Below are positions 60,520 through 64,000 of a stretch of 64,000 nucleotides of DNA, piece after piece. The position numbers and the translations under genes were made by a program. Each line of letters begins with the position of its first letter. Position 1 is the first letter of the stretch. The notes beneath the pieces are model-generated. The model was not told the origin of the DNA, did not search any database, and saw only the letters and a program-made list of their open reading frames with translations. Source of the DNA: Verrucomicrobiota bacterium (GTDB taxonomy: Bacteria; Verrucomicrobiota; Verrucomicrobiia; Limisphaerales; SXTU01); NCBI GenBank assembly GCA_016871445.1, contig VHDH01000001.1, forward strand, positions 875-64,874, read 5' to 3'.

Positions 60520-61302
60520 ATGAAATTGCTCACACCCCGTCTCTTCCACGTCCTGCTCGCCGCCTCTGTCACCCTGTCCGTTGCCGCCGCCGATGCGAAC
60601 CTTGGTGTCGGGGCCAAGCCCGTCACCGGCGCGGAGGTCATCCTTGACGGTTCACGCGAGATGCTCGACGCGAAGTGGACCTACTGGCAGGGACCACGCT
60701 TCGCCTCCTCGATGCCCATCAAATGGAAGATCGTTGAAGACCCTGTGGACAAGGGAAAAACCGTGGTGCAGACCGATGATCCCGTGGCCGCCGGCGGCAA
60801 ATACGGCACCGCCGACATTGTGACCAAGAAGCCCTACCGCGACTTTCGCCTGCACATCGAGTTCTGCGTCATGAACCCGCGCGGCAACAGCGGCGTGTAT
60901 CTCCAGAATCGTTACGAAATCCAAATCATGGAAGGCGACAAAACCAAGCACGGCATGGGCGCGGTCATCAACGAGACCGAGTCGCCGTATCACGCGTTCG
61001 CTGGCCTCGGGAAATGGAACAGCTACGACATCGTCTTCCGCGCCGCGCGCTTCAAGGACGGCCAACGCGTCGAAAAAGCAATGGTGACGATGTATTTCAA
61101 CGGCCAGAAAGTTCACAAAAACGTTGAGATCAATCAGGTCTGGGGCGGGGCGAACTCCGGCGTGGACGGCGGCAACGACAAGGGCAAGGGCATCACCGAC
61201 TCGCCGCAGGGCCTCAAGCTCCAGTGCGAGGGCCACGACGTGCGTTACCGCAACACGTGGATCAAGGAGCTCGATCTCAAGGAAGCGAGCACGGATTTCT
61301 GA
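60520..61302 (+). CDS. Exported DUF1080 (3-keto-disaccharide hydrolase-like) protein
   Basis: Signal peptide from ATG 60520; DFRLHIEF, GNSGVYLQNRYEIQI, WNSYDIVF, LQCEGHDVRYRNTWIKEL. Confidence 0.9.
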   Translation: MKLLTPRLFHVLLAASVTLSVAAADANLGVGAKPVTGAEVILDGSREMLDAKWTYWQGPRFASSMPIKWKIVEDPVDKGKTVVQTDDPVAAGGKYGTADIVTKKPYRDFRLHIEFCVMNPRGNSGVYLQNRYEIQIMEGDKTKHGMGAVINETESPYHAFAGLGKWNSYDIVFRAARFKDGQRVEKAMVTMYFNGQKVHKNVEINQVWGGANSGVDGGNDKGKGITDSPQGLKLQCEGHDVRYRNTWIKELDLKEASTDF

Positions 61303-61304
61303 TC

Positions 61305-62333
61305 TTGAGCGCGCTGCAGCATCAATCGCCCAACCGGGAAACGATCGAGCGGCTTGCTTGGGTTGGCCTAGTCATTGTTCTCCTCACCGGTTGCACGAAC
61401 CCCCGCCCGGGCGCGTTGCTCAAACGTACGGGCGATGAGATCATCGCCGCTGGGCAACTTTTTCACACCGGCACGCGCGTCGTCACTTGGATGGATTCGC
61501 GCGGCTATGATGCCTACCGTTGCGAGCGCCGCTTCGCGCCGTTCGACCAGTCTTCGTGGGAAACCTCGAAGGTTGCCGTGGCAGCGTTAAAAACGCCGAA
61601 CCGCTACGGCCTGCGCAAGGACGGCCTCACGGAAGCCCAAGTCGAGCAGGTGCGCGGTGGCGGATGGAACCTCGCGCTGCTGCGCGACCAGGTAGATCAA
61701 TTCGTCCTGCACTTTGACGCCTCGGGCACGAGCCGCAACTGCTTCAAGGTGCTGCATGACCACCGCTGCCTGAGCGTCCACTTCATGCTCGACCTCGATG
61801 GCACGATCTACCAAACGCTCGACCTCAAGGAACGCGCGTGGCACGCGACCACCTCGAATACCCGCAGCATTGGCATCGAGATCGCGAACATCGGCGCGTT
61901 CGCCCCCGGCCAGCAGCGCATGTTCGAAGAGTGGTACCAGCGTGACGACACCGGTTGGCCGCGCGTGGTCATTCCCTCGCGCTTCGGCGAGAGCGGCATC
62001 CTCACGCCGAACTTCATTGCCCGCCCGGCGCGAAGGGAACCCGTGCTTGGCCCGGTGCAGGGCCGGCAACTTCAGCAATACGACTTCACTCCCGAGCAAT
62101 ACGCCGCGCTGGCGAAGCTCACCGCCGCCCTCTGCAAAGTCTTCCCCAAAATCCGCTGCGACTACCCGAAGGACGCAACGGGTAAGCTCATCACGCGCAA
62201 GCTGCCCGACGACCAGCTCGGCGCTTACCAAGGCATCCTCGGCCACTATCACATCCAGACTAACAAAGTGGACCCGGGGCCGGCATTCCAGTGGGAAGAA
62301 CTCATTGGCCGGGCGAGAAAGCTGATGAAATGA
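61305..62333 (+). CDS. N-acetylmuramoyl-L-alanine amidase (Amidase_2/AmpD-like), probable lipoprotein
   Basis: Lipobox LLTG|C; FVLHFD, SVHFMLD.DG.IYQ, RAWHA, SIGIEIAN, GHYHIQTNKVDPGPAF. Start uncertain (TTG 61305). Confidence 0.88.
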   Translation: MSALQHQSPNRETIERLAWVGLVIVLLTGCTNPRPGALLKRTGDEIIAAGQLFHTGTRVVTWMDSRGYDAYRCERRFAPFDQSSWETSKVAVAALKTPNRYGLRKDGLTEAQVEQVRGGGWNLALLRDQVDQFVLHFDASGTSRNCFKVLHDHRCLSVHFMLDLDGTIYQTLDLKERAWHATTSNTRSIGIEIANIGAFAPGQQRMFEEWYQRDDTGWPRVVIPSRFGESGILTPNFIARPARREPVLGPVQGRQLQQYDFTPEQYAALAKLTAALCKVFPKIRCDYPKDATGKLITRKLPDDQLGAYQGILGHYHIQTNKVDPGPAFQWEELIGRARKLMK

Positions 62334-62340
62334 AGCACGC

Positions 62341-62412
62341 TCCGTGTGGCGTGCTGCGTGTTGCGTAGCGCGCACGGACACGCGGCCTTTTCACGCAACC
62401 AGCACCACGCCC
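62341..62412. repeat. Heptamer-periodic imperfect inverted repeat between the amidase gene and folA
   Basis: GGCGTGC TGCGTGT TGCGTAG ... CACGCAA CCAGCAC CACGCCC. Confidence 0.55.
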
Positions 62413-62413
62413 C

Positions 62414-62884
62414 ATGCTCCCTCTCCACGCCATTGCCGCCATGTCGCTTAACCGCGTCATCGGGGACGGTCCGCGCATCCCGTGGCACTTGCCGGAGGAC
62501 TTTAAGTGGTTCAAGGCCACGACGCTCGGGCACGTGTTGGTGATGGGACGTAAGACCTTTGAGTCCATCGGGCGGCCGCTGCCGGGGCGGGAGACCATCG
62601 TGTTAAGCCGCGCAGGCTGGAGCCATCCCGGTGTGCGTGTGGCGGCGGGCTTCGACGCCCTGCCCGCGCTCGTGGGCGACCGGCAGGCCTTCCTCTGCGG
62701 TGGCGCGCAGCTTTATGCGCAGGGATTGCCGCGGTGCTCAGACCTATTCCTGACGCTCGTGAAACGCGAGGTTGCAGGTGATGCATTCTTCCCGTCCTTC
62801 GAAGAGCGCTTCGAACTCATCGCCGAGCTGCGTGACACACCAGAATTCAAAATCCTGCACTACCGGAATCGTGGCGAGCAGTGA
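62414..62884 (+). CDS. folA: Dihydrofolate reductase
   Basis: IAAMSLNRVIG, IPWHLPEDFKWFK, MGRKTFESIGRPLPGR, GGAQLY, GDAFFP. Confidence 0.95.
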   Translation: MLPLHAIAAMSLNRVIGDGPRIPWHLPEDFKWFKATTLGHVLVMGRKTFESIGRPLPGRETIVLSRAGWSHPGVRVAAGFDALPALVGDRQAFLCGGAQLYAQGLPRCSDLFLTLVKREVAGDAFFPSFEERFELIAELRDTPEFKILHYRNRGEQ

Positions 62885-62940
62885 AGTGAGCACCCTTACA
62901 CCTCTTGACCGTTGGGAGATTCGGACGCCGACCGGCGAGA

Positions 62941-64000
62941 CTATGAGGCCGCGAATTGTTTCACGGCTTCAACACAACGCAGGCAGAGCGTCGGATGCTC
63001 CTTACTCGTGCCGACTTCGATTTCTGTGTGCCAGCAGCGTTCACATTTGGTTCCGTTTGCTTTCGCGACGGTGAAGGTGGTGGTAGTGGCTTGAGTGAAT
63101 TGAAGTTGTGAGACGTTAAGTAATTCGCGCAGGTCGGCGGCGCGCGCAGACCAGTCGGTTGCGGAGCCCAGGTGCAGGCGGGCTTCGAGGGATTTGCCGA
63201 TGAGCTTGGCTTGGCGGGCTTTTTCCAGCTCGGGTAGGGCCTGCGTGCGGAGTTGGAAGAGTTCAGTCCAGCCGGCGGTTTCTTCCGTTGCAATGGCGAA
63301 AGTCTTCGGCTCCCACTCGCTCAGATGCACGCTGGGCGTAGGCTTGCCGGGGATAAATTCCCAGGCTTCGTCGGCGGTGAAAGCGAGCAAGGGCGCGAGC
63401 ATCTGGCTGAGGCGCGTGATCATGCGGTGCAGCGCGGTCTGGCTGGAACGGCGGCGCGGGGAGTTGGCCGCGTCAGTATACATCCGGTCCTTAATGACAT
63501 CGTGGTAGATGGCGGACAGCTCCACCGCTGCGAACTGGCTCACGCGCTGGTAGACGACGTGGAACTCGTAGGCGTCGTAGGCTGCCACGACCGCCGCCTC
63601 CAGCTTTGCGAACTCGCCGAGCACCCAACGATCAAGGCCGGTGAGTTGAGCGTCGGGCACGGTGTGGCGCGCGGGGTCAAAGTCGTAGAGGTTCGAGAGC
63701 TGGTAACGGAGGGTGTTGCGGAGCATCCGGTAGGTCTCGCCGACTTTCTTGAGGCGTTCCTCGCTTACGACGATGTCGTTGCGGTAGTCTTGGCTGGCGA
63801 CCCACAGGCGCAGCACGTCCGCACCGTATTCGTTGATATAACGGTCGGCGGTTTGGGGCTTGGTGTAGCCGCCTTGGCCCTGCTTGCTCTTGGAAATTTT
63901 CTCGCGGTCTTCATCCACCATGAAGCCGTGGGTGAGCACGGTCCTGAAGGGCGCGGCGCCGTTGCCGGCGAGCGAGAGGAGCAGGGACGATTGGAACCAG
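62941..64000 (-). CDS. ileS: Isoleucyl-tRNA synthetase, C-terminal part (5' end outside the window)
   Basis: Frame open to the window edge (WFQSSLL...VLTHGF); KISKS (KMSKS equivalent), GADVLRLWV, C-terminal zinc finger CERCW..LCLRC (IleRS type 1). Confidence 0.96.
   Translation of the reverse strand, partial: WFQSSLLLSLAGNGAAPFRTVLTHGFMVDEDREKISKSKQGQGGYTKPQTADRYINEYGADVLRLWVASQDYRNDIVVSEERLKKVGETYRMLRNTLRYQLSNLYDFDPARHTVPDAQLTGLDRWVLGEFAKLEAAVVAAYDAYEFHVVYQRVSQFAAVELSAIYHDVIKDRMYTDAANSPRRRSSQTALHRMITRLSQMLAPLLAFTADEAWEFIPGKPTPSVHLSEWEPKTFAIATEETAGWTELFQLRTQALPELEKARQAKLIGKSLEARLHLGSATDWSARAADLRELLNVSQLQFTQATTTTFTVAKANGTKCERCWHTEIEVGTSKEHPTLCLRCVEAVKQFAAS

Overview
GC-rich bacterial chromosomal segment, most likely Verrucomicrobiota (Pedosphaerales/Limisphaerales-like). 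This assignment is inferred from gene content (DUF1501 paralogs, sulfatase, DUF1080, short-delta atp operon, PVC-type T2SS); no rRNA marker is present. Contents in order: partial cstA; a lower-GC islet (GYF_2 + Ca-binding-repeat protein, phosphodiester glycosidase); M48 peptidase/lemA; cysteine desulfurase; CHASE2 adenylate cyclase; sugar isomerase, cupin, glutaredoxin, lipA; complete F1Fo operon atpBEFHAGDC; a minus-strand envelope cluster (HtrA, GldA/F/G-like ABC, DUF4340, AsmA-like); rdgB, pyrB, sulfatase; a 22-kb type II secretion-like operon; DUF2237, MOSC, DUF1080, amidase, folA and partial ileS. The most striking feature is the T2SS-like operon. Its secretin is about 3,939 aa with 43 hand-counted tandem N1/N3-type ring-building domains (canonical GspD has 3), partly arranged in a duplicated 4-domain super-repeat, and it is accompanied by fused assembly-platform proteins and a candidate pilotin. 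A second signal is a strong Thr-Asn dipeptide enrichment in several extracytoplasmic domains but not in cytoplasmic ones, a possible lineage-specific modification sequon. Two pseudogene remnants, a Rex/CRP-like operator before the atp operon and heptamer-periodic inverted repeats are also visible. No tRNA, rRNA, CRISPR array or transposase was recognised.
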